Source: Octopus vulgaris | Taxonomy: Eukaryota | Direction of reading: 5' to 3' | DNA length: 64,000 nucleotides | Assembly: GCA_951406725.2 (NCBI GenBank) | Contig: OX597834.1 | Coordinates: 42,284,001-42,348,000, forward strand | In this document: positions 25,108 to 41,100 of the stretch, in pieces | Position numbering within the stretch: position 1 is the first letter of the stretch | How the letters are laid out: each line of letters opens with the position of its first letter | Translations under genes and position numbers: made by a program | The notes under the pieces: model-generated | The model's input: the letters and a program-made list of their open reading frames with translations, nothing else | The model's database searches: none | What the model was told of the DNA's origin: nothing

Positions 25108-25668
25108 GCAGAAGGCAATAATTTTGTGGAAGGGTGTAAACCCAGTAGATCGATCCCATTGCTCAACTGGTAACGACACCGAAAGCTGACCTCGGCAGAA
25201 TTTGAACTCAGAACGGGAAGGCGGATGAAATGCTGCTAAGCATTTCGCCCAGCGCGCTAACGTTTCTTATTTCTTTACTGCCTACAAGAGGCTAAACGTA
25301 GAGGGGACAAATAAAGACAGGCAAAGGGATTAAGTCGATTATATCAACCCCAGTGTGTAACTGGTACTTAATTTATCGACCCCAAAAGGATGGAAGGCAA
25401 AGTCGACCTCAGCGGAATTTGAACTCAGAACGTAGCGGCAGACAAAATACCTATTTCTTTACTACCCACAAGGGGCTAAACACAAAGAGAACAAACAAGG
25501 ACAGATAAACGGATTAAGTCGATTATATCGACCCCAGTGCGTAACTGGTACTTATTTAATCGACCCCGAAAGAATGAAAGGCGAAGTGGACCTCGGCGGA
25601 ATTTGAACTCAGGACGTAGCGGCAGTATTTCTGCTCGGCCTGCTAACGATTCTGCCAGCTCGCCTCCT
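25108..25668 (-). mobile_element. SINE family B head-to-tail trimer
   Basis: Junctions at 25267/25268 and 25451/25452; leftmost unit is diverged and has a different tail. Confidence 0.88.
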
Positions 25669-26984
25669 CAACGTATGCAGTCGTTGAAGCTGCAACATTT
25701 TAGGCGTTTCAGAATCGTGTGTATTTGTGTACAAGATTAACGACCTGGGGCCCCGTGACCCAATTACCCCCTGTGCATTACGTATCTCACAGTTTTAATG
25801 GATGCTGCATTATCGCTTAGTTATGTCTAATGGATAGCTCTGACAAAGATGCCTGACTTCCCGCCAAGAGCGAGACATTTGATTAATGGCTGCTACCCAT
25901 AGATTACCGACAGCAACCGTATGGCCGTTGTTGTTCTTGCCGCTCTTGTTGTTGTGGTGAGTTGCTGTTGTTGCTGCTGCTGCTGTAGTTCACTTCCTTC
26001 TTATTATCTTTAAGCATCATCAACATCATCATCATCATCGTCGTCTGCGTCCTCATCTTCGTCGTCGTCGTCTGCGTCCTCGTCTTCGTCCTCGTCGTCG
26101 TCATCATTATCCCCCTCCTCCTCCTCCCCCACCTCCTCTTCAACATCATCATCATTGCCATCATCATCATCACAATGACTTGCTATCACGCAAAATACTG
26201 AGCAGTATTTCTTTTCCAGCTCTTTCCGTTCACACACACATACACACACGCATGCACACACACACACGCACGCACACACACAAACACACACACACACACA
26301 TATGCGTGTGTGTGTGTGTGTGTGTGTGCGTTTGTGTTTGTATTTGCCCCACCCCCACCATCTCTGTCTGAAAAACCGGTGTTGCTGTGTTTACATCCCC
26401 TTACACTAGCGGTTCGGCAAACCGATATATATATAAAATAAGCACTAGCCTTAAACAAACAAAATTAGTACCTGCCTCGATTCATTCGAGCAAACATTCT
26501 TCAAGGCGGTGCCCCAGCATGGCCGCAGTCTAATGAATGAAACACGTAAAAAAGATAGGAAATTAAAGATAATTAAATTGGCTTTAATTGCAAGTTTTTA
26601 AATTAAATTTTCTATTAGACTTAATTAGATTTTAACGAACCGCATCTATGTGATATCCCTTCCTCTGTCAGACGATAATCAGCCTATCATCTCTATACAA
26701 ACATCCATCTCTCCATCCATCATCCATCGATGTACACACACACACACACACACAGACACACACACAGACACAGACACACATGCTTGGAAATGGATGCATG
26801 GAGTTCAAACAAAAAGAACAAATACAAAAAAAAAAGCAACAACGTGAGGACGTGGTACATGTAAGGTATAAGCAGATGGCTCAGGGAAGGAAAGAAAGAT
26901 GGTTTAAGATTTCGAGCAGACGCTCTTCTTCTGAAACGGAGGAAAGTCCAATAGAAAAGGAAGACGGAAGGAAAACAATCGCCA

Positions 26985-27147
26985 ACGCAGGAGTGGCTGT
27001 GTGGTAAGTAGCTTGCTTACCAACCACATGGTTCCGGGTTCAGTCCTACTGCGTGGCACCTTGGGCAAGTGTCTTCTACTATGGCCTCGGGCCGACCAAA
27101 ACCTTGTGAATGGATTTGGTAGACGGAAACTGAAAGAAGCCCGTCGT
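26985..27147 (+). mobile_element. SINE family A head/core followed by (TG)n
   Basis: Near-consensus copy. Confidence 0.9.
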
Positions 27148-27180
27148 ATGTATGTATATATATATGTATGTGTATGTATA

Positions 27181-27246
<66 letters not shown>

Positions 27247-27506
27247 TGTGCATATATGAGCACAGGACGTCACCAACTGTAAACAACAAGAAGTACAAGA
27301 ACAAACGAGTGAAATACGCGAACCATGAGAGAAAAAATGGAAAAAGGACAACACAAAGAACGACCCTTCATCAGTTGGTAGCTGTCTGTCTGTCTGTCTC
27401 TACACGCACTGGCACTCACACATACATACATACAAACATGCATGCATACATACATACATACATACATACATACATACATACATACATACATGCATGCATG
27501 CATACA

Positions 27507-27539
<33 letters not shown>

Positions 27540-27697
27540 GTAGACTAATGCTGAATACATGGGGGACCCTGAATTTCATGGTGACAGAGAATACCCAAAG
27601 GGCCAGAATATTTTCTTACTGCGAGTAAATAATTCATTTAAACATTGCTCATAGCACTTTTCTTCCATTCGTTTGAACTAACGAAAACACACATACA

Positions 27698-27738
<41 letters not shown>

Positions 27739-27984
27739 ACACACACAGAGCTACACACGCATTCATACATATATATGTATGTATACCCCTATCAATATAC
27801 GACTCTCAAGAAGAGGAGAATTCAAATGTTGCCGACAGTTAAATTTGTTAACATGTATGGTTTAGATAGGGATGCTTCGGTATATATATATTTGGGTAGC
27901 ACCCGTATGTATGTGGATGAGAAATTGATGCAGATGATGTAAAGATAGGCGTATGCAGGGATGCAGACACATACGGGTTCATTC

Positions 27985-28014
27985 AAACACACACACACAC
28001 ACACATATATATAC

Positions 28015-28099
<85 letters not shown>

Positions 28100-28138
28100 T
28101 ACATACATACATATATACATACATATATACATACATAA

Positions 28139-28228
<90 letters not shown>

Positions 28229-28340
28229 AAAAAAGATAAAACAGAACGCTTGGTATCGAAATCTAAAGAATAATAAAATGATGAAAACTGTGTATGTATG
28301 AGTGTGTGTATAATTATGTGTATATGTCTGTATATGTATA

Positions 28341-28417
<77 letters not shown>

Positions 28418-28455
28418 TTTATACATATGTATATATATATATATAAATATATGTA

Positions 28456-28493
<38 letters not shown>

Positions 28494-28637
28494 CTGTGTA
28501 CTCACGCAGGTGCGCGTGCGCTTCGGTTACACAAAATCAGTAGCGCCGTGTGTTCGTCTGTCTATTTACCACACTTATCCGCACACGCACGCTTACAGTT
28601 ATATATATGTATATGTGTCTGTGTGTATGTGCATGTG

Positions 28638-28691
<54 letters not shown>

Positions 28692-28960
28692 TATATACAT
28701 ATATGTTTGTGTATATATATTCATACGTGTATTCACATACATTTATACACCCACATTTGAATACATCTATACACACACCCACATATCTACATATACATGT
28801 ATGTAGATTTAATACACATACATACAGATACACGTGTGTGTGAGTGTGTGAATGTACTCATGCATATATCTCATACACTCGTGTGCTGTGTGTGTTTATA
28901 TGTACATACGTATGCGTGTGTGAGTGTGAGTGTGTCTGTGCGTATGTGTGCGTGTGGGTA
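27985..28960. repeat. (TA)n/(CA)n/(TG)n purine-pyrimidine alternating tract
   Basis: Direct observation. Confidence 0.95.
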
Positions 28961-29542
28961 TGTGTGCGTGTAAAGGAGGTTGTGTAGGGAAAGGTGTAGA
29001 AAGGGACAATCGAAAAGGAGGGGAGCCCTTACCGACACGGCTATAAATCATCGGGGAAATTTTGAAAGAAAGCGCCAGAACTAATAAGATGGATCATCTG
29101 CTCTCGAACCTGTCAAACTCTCTACAACATCTCTGAGTCTAATCTTTGTCGTGATTTTATTGTGATTAATATCATCTCGACCATCTCACACATTGGTTGC
29201 CTGCTGGGCAGCTGCAAATCAGCGGGATATCAACACATCGTATCGTATTAAACACGATGCTGTATCTCCAACAACGACCGAAGCTGCGACTTGGCGCGTG
29301 TATTTTTATTGAAAGGGAAAATGGCAGCAGATTGGGTGACGGAATCAGAGCTGTTAAACAGTTAACTCCCTTTAACGATTTGATTTCACTTTAATCGCCA
29401 TGTTTTTTTTTATTTTTACTTCTATCCGTCCGGTTTCGATATCAGTAAGTGCCAATTACAAACAGAGTAGAGCTATCGTGTCGGTTGAGTCACCCGTACA
29501 CACAAGCACACTCGTACATATAACTTTCACGTGTGAAATATC

Positions 29543-29730
29543 TCTTTTACTTGTTTCAGTCATTTGACTGTGGTCATGCTGGAGCACCGCCTTTAGTCGA
29601 GCAAATCGACCCTGGGACATATTCTTTGTAAGCTTAGTACTTATGCTATCGTTCTCTTTTGCTGAACCGCAAAGTAACGGGGACGTAAACACACCAGCAT
29701 CGGTTGTCAAGCGATGTTGGTGGGGACAAA
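29543..29730 (-). mobile_element. SINE family A tail module
   Basis: ctcttttacttgtttcagtcatttgactg...ggagcaccgcctttagtcgagcaaatcgaccc. Confidence 0.88.
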
Positions 29731-29914
29731 CAATGGTACATACCTTTGCACCTGTCTCAAACAACAATATCCGGCCTGTTACGTTTGACAGAAGTTTTGA
29801 TGGGAATTTTCTACCAGTATTCCTTCTTGAGTTGGTGTTTGTAAATGTATTCCATAACAGAAGTATTTTCTGAGTTTATTTCAGGACAGTCTTTCTTGCA
29901 GATACATGTATGTA

Positions 29915-30490
29915 TTGGGTTGTCCGGAAAGTTGTGCCGATTTATAGTAGCTTACCCCCCCCCCCCCGACTTATTTTAGAAAATGGTTGAGTCCATAAAA
30001 TAGGATTTGACTACACCTCCATTTAGAGCACAGTTTAAGCTATCTTTTCGTGGAAGAAGGTTTATGTTCCTATAACCTGTGTTAATTCTGTAACCTTTTA
30101 AATTGGAAGATAAGAAAGTTCATTTTTGGCACTTGATGCTTTGGTAGCAGATAAAAATTGCTGCAGCTCGGCTGGGATGTGTTACCCCACCCTCCATATT
30201 CACGAGATATTGCTCCTTCGGATTTCCACTTCTTCAGGTCTCTGCAGAATAATAGTCTTAATGGCAAAAATTTCAATTCCTTGGATGACGTAAAAAGATA
30301 CCTTGATGAATTCTTTGCCATGAAACCACCTCAATTCTGGGAAGAGGGTATTTTCAAGTTAACGGAAAGATAGAGACGCATTGTGCAACAAAATGGTTCA
30401 TATTTGGTTGATTAAAAATGTAATGGCAAGTATTTATTGACCCTTTTTCTTTCCTTTAAAAAATCGGTACGAACTTTCCGGACAACCCAA
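29915..30490 (+). mobile_element. Internally deleted mariner, copy 2 (complete, TA-flanked)
   Basis: TA|ttgggttgtccggaaagtt...aactttccggacaacccaa|TA; LGWDVLPHPPYSRDIAPSDFHFFRSLQN. Confidence 0.95.
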
Positions 30491-30570
30491 TATATATATA
30501 TATATTTTGTGTATGTATATGTATGTATATATATATATAAATACATACGTACACAAATATATGTATCTAT

Positions 30571-30685
<115 letters not shown>

Positions 30686-31219
30686 TATATATATTAATAT
30701 ATATATGTGTGTGTGTGTATGTGTGTGAGTGTGTGCGTGTATTATATATTACATATGTATGTAAGCATATATGTAAATACGCAAATGCATGTGTAACTGT
30801 ATGAATATACGTCATGTGCACGTGGTGCGTGTGCGTGTGAGTGTGTGTGTGTGTATGTGTGTGTGTGTGTGTGTGTGTGATGGGGGTTGGAATAGGTTGC
30901 TCGGTGTATTTCACATCGTCGAAGTGTATATATAATCCTCATTGAAGTGAACTGACCCCTAGGGAACTGATGCACCGCCAGTGCTGTAGATTTTCGGCAG
31001 GGATTTAGCCAAATCTTAAAACTAACCCTCCTTGTTATCTTCATTCTGACACATGACATTGTATTTAGCGGCGACTGGTTGCCAGAGCGAAGAGCTCAGC
31101 ACAAGTCACGCTCACACACACATACATACATACATACATACATATATACATTCATACATACATACATACATACATACACATACGTATATACATACACACA
31201 TACATACACACACACATAC

Positions 31220-31254
<35 letters not shown>

Positions 31255-31386
31255 CAATATACATACATACATACATGCATGCATACGTTTATATACATAC
31301 ATGCGTGTATATATATATATATATATATACATGCATACATACATATGATGGACTCTCATGGCAGATGATGGATGAGAGTATACATA

Positions 31387-31479
<93 letters not shown>

Positions 31480-31828
31480 TATATATACGCACACATATAT
31501 ATGCATTTAATGTACATTTAATGTGAACAGCTAGATGTACGGGTGTTACTGGCAGGTTGAGAGCTACATAGAGTAAAGATACACACACACACACATACAT
31601 ATGCAAATACATACACACTTATTCCCACAACATACACATTCATACAACATATTGTTTATGTAAAGATAACACACAAGCCAATGAGGGCGTTTGTTGCCAA
31701 TCATTGTTTGCGCTAGAAATAGCAACCAAATTTCCTCAAGGCATATGCAAGCGTCGTACAAATAAATAAATGAATAAATAGATAAAAATATACAGCTTTG
31801 GATTATATATGTGTGAGTGTGTATAAGT

Positions 31829-32309
31829 ATTGAACCACTTTGTTGCACAATGCGTCTCCATCTTTCCTTTAACTTGAAAATACCCTTTTCCCAGAATTGA
31901 GGTGGTTTCATGGCAAAGAATTCATCAAGCTATCTTTGTACGTCATCCAAAGAATTGAAATTTTTACCATTAAGACTATTCTGCTGAGACCTGAATAAGT
32001 GGAAATCCGAAAAAGCAATCTTTGGTGAATATGGAGGGTGGGTATAATACATCCCAGCCGAGCTGCAACAATTTTTATCAGGTTCCCAAAGCATCAAGTG
32101 CCGAAAATGAACTTTCTTATCTTCCATTTTAAAGGGTTAGAGAATTAACATAGGTTATAGGAACATAAACCTTCTTCCACGAAAAGATAGCTTAAACTGT
32201 GCTCTAAATGGAAATGTGGTAAAATCCTATTTTATGGACTCAACCATGTTCTAAAATAAGTCGAAAGGTAAGCTACAATAAATTGGCATGAACTTTCCGG
32301 ACACTCCAC
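31829..32309 (-). mobile_element. Internally deleted mariner, copy 3 (3' TIR missing)
   Basis: MEDKKVHFRHLMLWE, HPPYSPKIAFSDFHLFRS and MKPPQFWEKGIFKLKERWRRIVQQ on the minus strand. Confidence 0.93.
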
Positions 32310-32504
32310 TATATATCTGTGTATTTGTACTTGTTCTCCACCCCACCGCCAAGGAAGCAAAATAGAAGACGAAGGAAAAACTGAAAGAGAAAGAAAGGGA
32401 GAAACGTGGATGAGAAATCGTTTTTTTTTTTTAATTAAATCTTAGTTCAATGGATGAAAGTTAATAAAAACTAATGAATGTCTTTATTTCGACTTAATAG
32501 ATGA

Positions 32505-32658
32505 GGCGCAGGAGTGGCTGTGTGGTAAATAGCTTGCTTACCAACCACTTGGTTCCGGGTTCCAGTCCCACCTTGGACAAGTGTCTTCTACTATAGCCTC
32601 GGGCCTACCAAAGCGTTGTGAGTTGATTTGTAAGACGGAAACTGAAAGAAGCCATTGG

Positions 32659-32730
<72 letters not shown>

Positions 32731-32830
32731 TGTATATGTTTGTGTGTCTGTAGTTGCCCTCCCCAACATCGCTTGACAACCGATGCTGGTGTGTTTACGT
32801 TCCGGTAACTTAGCGGTCCGGGAAGAGGGA
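32505..32830 (+). mobile_element. SINE family A with internal (TA)/(TG)n, 3'-truncated
   Basis: Head, microsatellite and start of tail. Confidence 0.85.
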
Positions 32831-33054
32831 TAGTCAAATATTGATTAAATCAGTTTTTAAAAAAGGAAGGATGTATTTGATACATGATGATGTATTCAAA
32901 GATGTAGCAGGAAAAAAAATTAACAACAACAACAACAGCAACAAAACAGAAGTGGTAGTCACTTAGTTGGAACGCTTTCCATTTAATGATAGGTCTGCTC
33001 AATGAGAACTGACCTGAGGCGAAACAACAACGACGGTAATATCCTCGTCGCCAT

Positions 33055-33095
<41 letters not shown>

Positions 33096-33405
33096 TCATC
33101 AGCATCATCAGCATGAGCAGCAGTAGCCTCAGCAGCAGTAACAACCACAAAATCTAACATGTAAACGACAACGTCGGTTATAACGATGCAAATATGGAGG
33201 AGAGCAGAGACGGAAGAGAAGGGCGGTGGGGCAGAATGGAAGATGAATCACTATTATAGTTAAATAGATTTGCAATTAGTAACTGGAGTAATTAGCAATT
33301 AGTAATTAGTAATTAATAATTGTATTACGCCAGAGAGAAATGACACTGACAATCCCACGTCCGTATGAATACATGTATGGATATCACACACACACACACA
33401 TACAC

Positions 33406-33461
<56 letters not shown>

Positions 33462-33511
33462 ATGTATATGTATATATATATGTGTGTGTGTATGTATATA
33501 CATACACACAG

Positions 33512-33905
33512 AGGAGTGGCTGTGTGGTAAGTAGCTTGCTAACCAACCACATGGTTCCGGGTTCAGTCCCACTGCGTGGCACCTTGGGCAAGTGTCTTCT
33601 ACTATAGCCTCGGGCCGACCAAAGCCTTGTGAGTGGATTTGGTAGACGGAAACTGAAAGAAGCCCGTCGTATATATGTATATACATGTTTGTGCGTGTGT
33701 GTTTGTGTGTCTGTGTTTGTCCCCTAGCATTGCTTGACAACCAATGCTGGTGTTTTTATGGCCCAGTTACCTAGCGGTTCGGCAAAAGAGACCGATAGAA
33801 TAAGTACTGGGCTTACAAAAAAATAAGTCCCGGTGTCGAGTTGCTCGATTAAAGGCGGTGCTCCAGCATGGCCGAAGTCAAATGACTGAAACAAGTAAAA
33901 GAGAA
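33512..33905 (+). mobile_element. SINE family A, best full-length copy
   Basis: Head/core 33512-33670, short TA/TG spacer, tail to gactgaaacaagtaaaagag. Confidence 0.93.
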
Positions 33906-33941
33906 AAAGAAAGAGAATATATATATATATAAATATATATG

Positions 33942-34610
33942 GGTGCAGGCGTGGGTGTGTAGTAAGAAGCTTGCTTCCCAATCACATGACTTCGGTTTCA
34001 ACTCCACTGTGTAATAATATAACCCCGGGACGACCAAAACTTTGTTGTTTGATTTGGTTGACATAATAACATAAACCGAAAGAAGCCCATTGATGCACAG
34101 TTGGTATTAGTGTGTCTACGTCCTCGTAAAATTAGCGGTTCGACAAAAGAGTCTGACTGGGGTCGATTTCCTTGACTAAAGGCGCTGCTCCTGCATGGCC
34201 GCAGTTAAATGACTGAAACAAATAAAAGAATATATGATTTAGTTTTCTCGTGTCGAAGACTTTATCAATCATGAAAGGCTGAAGGGCTAAGTTGACCTCG
34301 GTGGTATTTGTACTCAGAACGTAAAAAGCCAGAAGCGATGCCGCTCAGCTTTTAGTCGGATGTAACAACTCTTCGCCAGCTCTTCGCTTCAGCAATAATA
34401 ATAATCCTTTCGGTTATTGGCACAAGTCCTGAAATTTCCGGGGCTAGTCGATTACATCGACCCCAGTGCTTGAAGGGCACTTATTTTATCGACACAGAAA
34501 GGATAAAAGGTAGAGTCGACCTAGGCGGAATTTGAACTTGGAAAGTAAAGAACAAGAAATATCATGAGGCATTTTGTCTGATGCCGAAACGATTCTGCCA
34601 GCGCGCTACT
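33942..34610. mobile_element. Cluster of old SINE copies (A at 33942-34230 +; B at 34255-34390 and 34405-34610 -)
   Basis: Degenerate family motifs. Confidence 0.7.
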
Positions 34611-35640
34611 TTCCCGCTTCTATTAATTAAAGATGCACACTACATCTAGATGCCTCAAATGATAATTGATCTCCGGTTACGTCACTTCAGGGATCAGTCG
34701 ACAAAGAATGCTTTCGGAGATGATACAGTTTTGAATGCATACTCATTTGGGGGTTGATGTTAAAAAAAATAATTAAAAATATGGAACCCACCAAAAACTG
34801 TAAAAAAAAAAAAATTGGCCGAATACCAAAGATGTGTCTGAGATTAGACAAAAATTTTCTATGTCCATCACTGGAAAGTTTCGCCAAAAATACATTTCAT
34901 TCAGTGTACACACACACACACACACACACACAACACACACACTCACACACAACACACACACATATATATACATATATATATGAATACATCTGTATATATA
35001 TATGCATACATATATGCATGTATATATTTATGTATATATATATATGTATATATATGTATGTATATATATATAGTGTGTGTGTATTTCCATTTAGGTATTA
35101 TATATGTGTGTATATATTTGTTGCGCGTGTTTGTGTGTGTGTGTATTCGGAATTATCCGTCGGTAAGCAAAATGGTCTCTGTATGTCACACATACACGCA
35201 CACACACACACACGCACACACTCACACACACACATACACACACACACACACACATACGCACACACATACGCACACACTCACACACACACACATACACACA
35301 CACACATTAACACACACACGCGCACGGTGGGCCATACAAATAAAATAATCACAGCGAAATATAAATCTGTGTTTAACAGAGAATAGACACGGACATGACA
35401 GCAGACACTGCGGCTGGTGCCGGTTAACAAGGCAAAAATTGGTAGAATTATTGTTAGATGTTGCATGCCGCCTCCTCTCTGTACCCGACGCATGTCTTTT
35501 TAAGCGGGAGCGCACACGCACACACGCACACACACGCACATACAGAGATACAAAGAACCAAACACATGTACAAATACACACACAAAAACAAAAAACTAAT
35601 GCGTATGTACACTGAATCCATCTCTCTCTCTCACTCTCTC

Positions 35641-35732
<92 letters not shown>

Positions 35733-35872
35733 CATGTATCTAACAATGAATCTATCAATCTATACACACACACGCGCACGTACATACACACACATATATG
35801 TATACAGATATATACACACACAAATATCGATATATCACATATACATACCTACAGAAATATACAAGTATGCGA

Positions 35873-35912
<40 letters not shown>

Positions 35913-36945
35913 ACACACTCACACACATATATGTATGTGTGTATGTATGTACATATATACATATATACATATATATATATACATACATACATATAAATTA
36001 AATATATTATATATATATTATATATTATATAGATACATATATGTATTATAAATATATATATATATATATATATATTATATTATATATACCACACAGCCAC
36101 TCCTGCGTCTATACATTCATACACACACACCCACTCATCCACCCACCCACACATATATATATATACACATACATATATATATATTCATACACACACACAT
36201 ATATATATATACATACATGCGTACATATATATTTATATACATACATATATGTATATATGTGTGTATGTATGTATGTATGTATGCATGTATGTATGTATGT
36301 GCGTGTGCATGTGTATATGTATGCATGTATAAAATGCTATATGCTCACATATGTACTATGTGTGCCTCGCTGGCTGCCATGCGCAGACCATTGCAATAGG
36401 ATGTATAAGTGATAAAGCTTCCTTATTTATGCCATTCCATGGTCTTTTGTCATAATTATACCACAACAGCGAGAAAGAAGAATATGAAGAAAAAGCAAAA
36501 CATTTTGTATACGCAAACAGAATCACAAATTATACTCACGCTCACATAGACACGCAACCGTTTATGCATACATGCTAATATTTATATATACATATATTTA
36601 TATGTGTGTGTATGATATATATATGAATATATATATATGTATATATATATAGATAGAGAGAGAGAGAGAGAGAGACGTAGATATATCTGTGCACACGCGA
36701 ATAGGTAAAAAATGTAGAGGGAGGGGGACTCTTTTGTTTGAAATGCAAAGTGTGGGCTCGAATAGGTTCAATTAGGCGGATTTTAAGAAAAAACCTCAAA
36801 GAAATTTTAACGAAAAACTACTGACATAACATCAGATATATGTTTGGCCTGCTGACTTTTGCATATTATATATAAATGAATACACACATATATATGTAAA
36901 TGCATATATATTTATATATATATATGTATATTTTCATCTCTATGT

Positions 36946-36996
<51 letters not shown>

Positions 36997-37082
36997 TGTA
37001 TGTATATGTACATATATAAGCATATGCATACATGTATATATATATATATATATATCCACACAAATACATCTATATGAATGCA

Positions 37083-37288
<206 letters not shown>

Positions 37289-38090
37289 CGTGAATGTGTG
37301 TGTGCATTCATTCATACGCACACATTCGCACGCATCCACATGCAAACAAAGATTCACACACACAAAAACACAAACACACATAAAAAACATAAAAAAAAAC
37401 AAGTTTTATCTTCCTCGTTAATTATATAATTCTCTTCAAAATTTCTATTTTTTTTCTTCTTTTCTCTTTCCAACATTCTTTTGCCTTCTTGTCACATTTG
37501 TCAAAAAAAAAGCAAAAAAAAAAAAAGCAAAAAAAACCCCAGAAAAAAAACAAAACATCATCACCACCAGAAGCATCAGCAGTAGCGAGCAAAAGCAACA
37601 ACAACAAAACTACACCAATCCCATCGACAGCGGAAACAAGACAATGATTGTACGCCATTTTTCCTTCACCGTCTGTCACCATTCATTCTTGTCTTGTTGC
37701 ATGTTTATCTCAAAGAATCTTGGCGTTCCTGCAATGACCAGTCAGTTTTGGAATTATTATTCTGCCTCTCGTGCTTATTATCCCCCCTGATTTCTAATCC
37801 CTCTCCTATTTCTCTATATTTTGCATGGTTTTTCAAAAAAATATGTTGTGTTTTACGTCCATTTTTTTTTTTTTTTTGCTTTACATCTCTCTTTATCCTA
37901 TGTTTTGTTTGTTTTGGTTTGTTCTGGAAAACTAAACCTTCACAAAAAAAAAAATATTTCTTCATTCTTGGAACAGTAATGCTCTTGTTGATGCCATTGC
38001 CAGTTCGGAAAATATAAAGACAAACAAATGAATAAATAGTATAAAAAATATAAAAATGGCCATGTTTAAACAGCAGTCGTACTTGTAATC

Positions 38091-38150
38091 TCTCTGTCAT
38101 CGTTCTGTCATCGTTCTGTCATCGTTCTGTCATTGCCCTGTCATTGCTCT
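38091..38150. repeat. 11-bp tandem repeat (tcgttctgtca) x ~5
   Basis: Direct observation. Confidence 0.85.
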
Positions 38151-38388
38151 CTTGTTAGGAGCAACAAGAACGTATAGAAGATTTGTTTTGATAATTTTTG
38201 GTAATTTCTTCCTTAGGTCGCCTGTTTTTTTTTATTATTTTCTCCCCCTCCTCTGTCTAGATATCTGTCTGTCTGTGTGTTTGCTTCTCTCTCTCTCCTC
38301 CCTCTTTCCTCCCGCTCTCCTCTCTCTATATATATGTAAATATGTATTATGTATGTATGCATATAAATATTATATATATATATACATG

Positions 38389-38496
<108 letters not shown>

Positions 38497-38533
38497 ATAT
38501 ATATATAAATATATGTATATATACATACCCACG

Positions 38534-38576
<43 letters not shown>

Positions 38577-38887
38577 ATACATATATAAAGCATATATATG
38601 TGTGTCTGGAAGAGTGAATATAAGCATCATGCATTTACACGCGTACATAATATCACGCGCATACACAGATATATATATATAAGTTTGGCTTCCTTCCACG
38701 TATCAAATATGGCTGACAACTTGATTCTGTATCTGTATATGGCTGTGTATACGGATGCAGATATGAATATACATGTCTCTACACTCACGTACGTACATAC
38801 ATACATACACACAAACATACATACATACGCACAACATACAACATACATACATACATACATACACACATACATACATACATGCATACA

Positions 38888-38919
<32 letters not shown>

Positions 38920-39220
38920 CATACATACATGCATCCATACATACATAGATTCCTACGTATTATATATTCACACATAAAAACGCACAAACATACACATAGA
39001 CACACATCCCCCCTGTCTAACTCTCTCTTTCTGTGTGTGTGTGTGTATATATGTACCCATGTATATATATATATATATATACATGTATATATATATATAT
39101 AATATATGTATGTATATATACATATGGACATATACATACTTGCACACACATTCATGTAGGGTATACATATATATATATACATATATACATGTATACACAC
39201 ACACAGACATATATATACAT

Positions 39221-39277
<57 letters not shown>

Positions 39278-39397
39278 TATATACATAAATATATATATAC
39301 ATATTCAGCCTGGGTGTATGGATGTGTACACATGTATGCTTGTACATACATGCATACATACAACGTACGGACAAATTAATACGCATAATATATATAC

Positions 39398-39491
<94 letters not shown>

Positions 39492-39864
39492 GTATGTACA
39501 TGATACCCAGAAACACAACATATATAACATGAAGAGGCAAGGAATGAATTTGAGAGTGACCCTAAATTAAACCTGTATCTGACGTGTCTTCCATTCACTC
39601 TCACGGCCAATTGCTAAGCATGCATTATTATCATCCAGTTAAATCGTTTAAGTCGCGTGTCATTGACAGTGTTCGTTGGAGTGGCATTTCAAAGAACGAG
39701 TGTGAATATGTATGCAGATTTAAGTAAAAACCCTAATTCAATCAAATAAGTGGATTTTTTTTTAAAGTAGGCAGCTGAGTGGAAATTTATAGAATAAAAT
39801 ACTACACGAAAATATTTAGCCTTCATGCATTTCACACGATTTATTTTATTTATTGTTATTATTA

Positions 39865-39927
<63 letters not shown>

Positions 39928-40383
39928 TGAATAATTATAAAAAATATCTCGCTATAGGACGTGAGTATGGTGAAATAGCCCGTGGTTTCTTTCACTATTT
40001 CTATTCTCAATATTAAATTGAATAGCTTGGTATTAGGCATGGGTGTGTGTTAAGCTGTTTGCTTCCCGACCACATGGTTTCGGGTTCAGTCCTACTGAGT
40101 GGTACCTTTAGGAAGTATCTTCTACTATAGCTTCAGACCGACAAAAACCTTCTGTGTGGTTTTGGAAACTGAAAGACGTCCGTCATATATATATATATAT
40201 ATATATAATTTCTTTGCATTTGATTTTTTAATGTCTTTACCCCCATACTTTCGTGAGTTGAATTGAGCAAACACTATATGAGAGGGATTTTCTTTAAGTA
40301 TTAGAAATAGTTTTAAAAAAGTTTTTTTAGCTACTATTTCTAATGAGTTCAGTATGTGGCAAAGTAATTTATTTTACTAAGCC

Positions 40384-40419
<36 letters not shown>

Positions 40420-40420
<1 letters not shown>

Positions 40421-40672
40421 CGGGAAGGTTTACGAAAATAAACAAAAGACGAAGGCAGGTGGAGTACAAACAAACAAATGTATTAGTATAGCGCTCAGGA
40501 ATAGAAATAGAAAATGTCTTTTACGTTTCGAGCCTACGCTCTTCGACAGAAAGATACACAGAAAAATCAAGGAAAGAAAAAAATGTGTGTAGGAGCTAAC
40601 GATCTATCATGGCGTCCTGACTTCGGACAGTGGTCAGACGCGAAAAGGACAGTAGGGGAGATAACAGGGTCA
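40420..40672 (-). mobile_element. Repeat family P1, copy 3, between (TA)n tracts, with hammerhead variant at 40517-40554
   Basis: Minus strand reads tcttt-CTGTCGA-a-GAGC gtag GCTC-GAAAC-GTA^aaaga. Confidence 0.65.
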
Positions 40673-40673
40673 A

Positions 40674-40726
<53 letters not shown>

Positions 40727-40729
<3 letters not shown>

Positions 40730-40998
40730 CGTCGAGGCACTCCGTTGGTTACGACGACGAGGGTTCCAGTTGATCCAATCAACATGATCCGTGAAATTAA
40801 CATGCAAGTGGCTGAGCACTCCACAGACACGTGTAGCCTTAACGTACTTTTCGGGGGAAATTCAACTTGACACAGAGTGTGACAAGGCTGGCCCTTTCAA
40901 AATACAGATACAACAGAAACAGGAAGAAAGAATGGGAAAAAGTTGTGGTGAAAGAGTACAGCAGGGTTTGCCCCTCCACCGCCCCTGCAGGGGCGGGA
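40727..40998 (-). mobile_element. SINE family C core with tail type 3 (head missing)
   Basis: agaaacaggaaga.aga.tg.ga.aaagttgtgg.gaaagagtaca.caggg shared with 9025-9076; distinct distal sequence. Confidence 0.75.
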
Positions 40999-41100
40999 GA
41001 TGGGCATACATACATAAATACACACACACACATATATACATACACACGCGCACAGACACACACACACACATATATACATATATATACATATATATATAGC

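Noticed and set aside
25108-25668. Repeated units as a CRISPR-like array
   Set aside because: Units are ~185-230-bp SINE copies without unique spacers; no cas genes; eukaryotic context
34690-34910. Possible DNA transposon end (ttcattcagtgTA)
   Set aside because: No matching second TIR or transposase found; insufficient support
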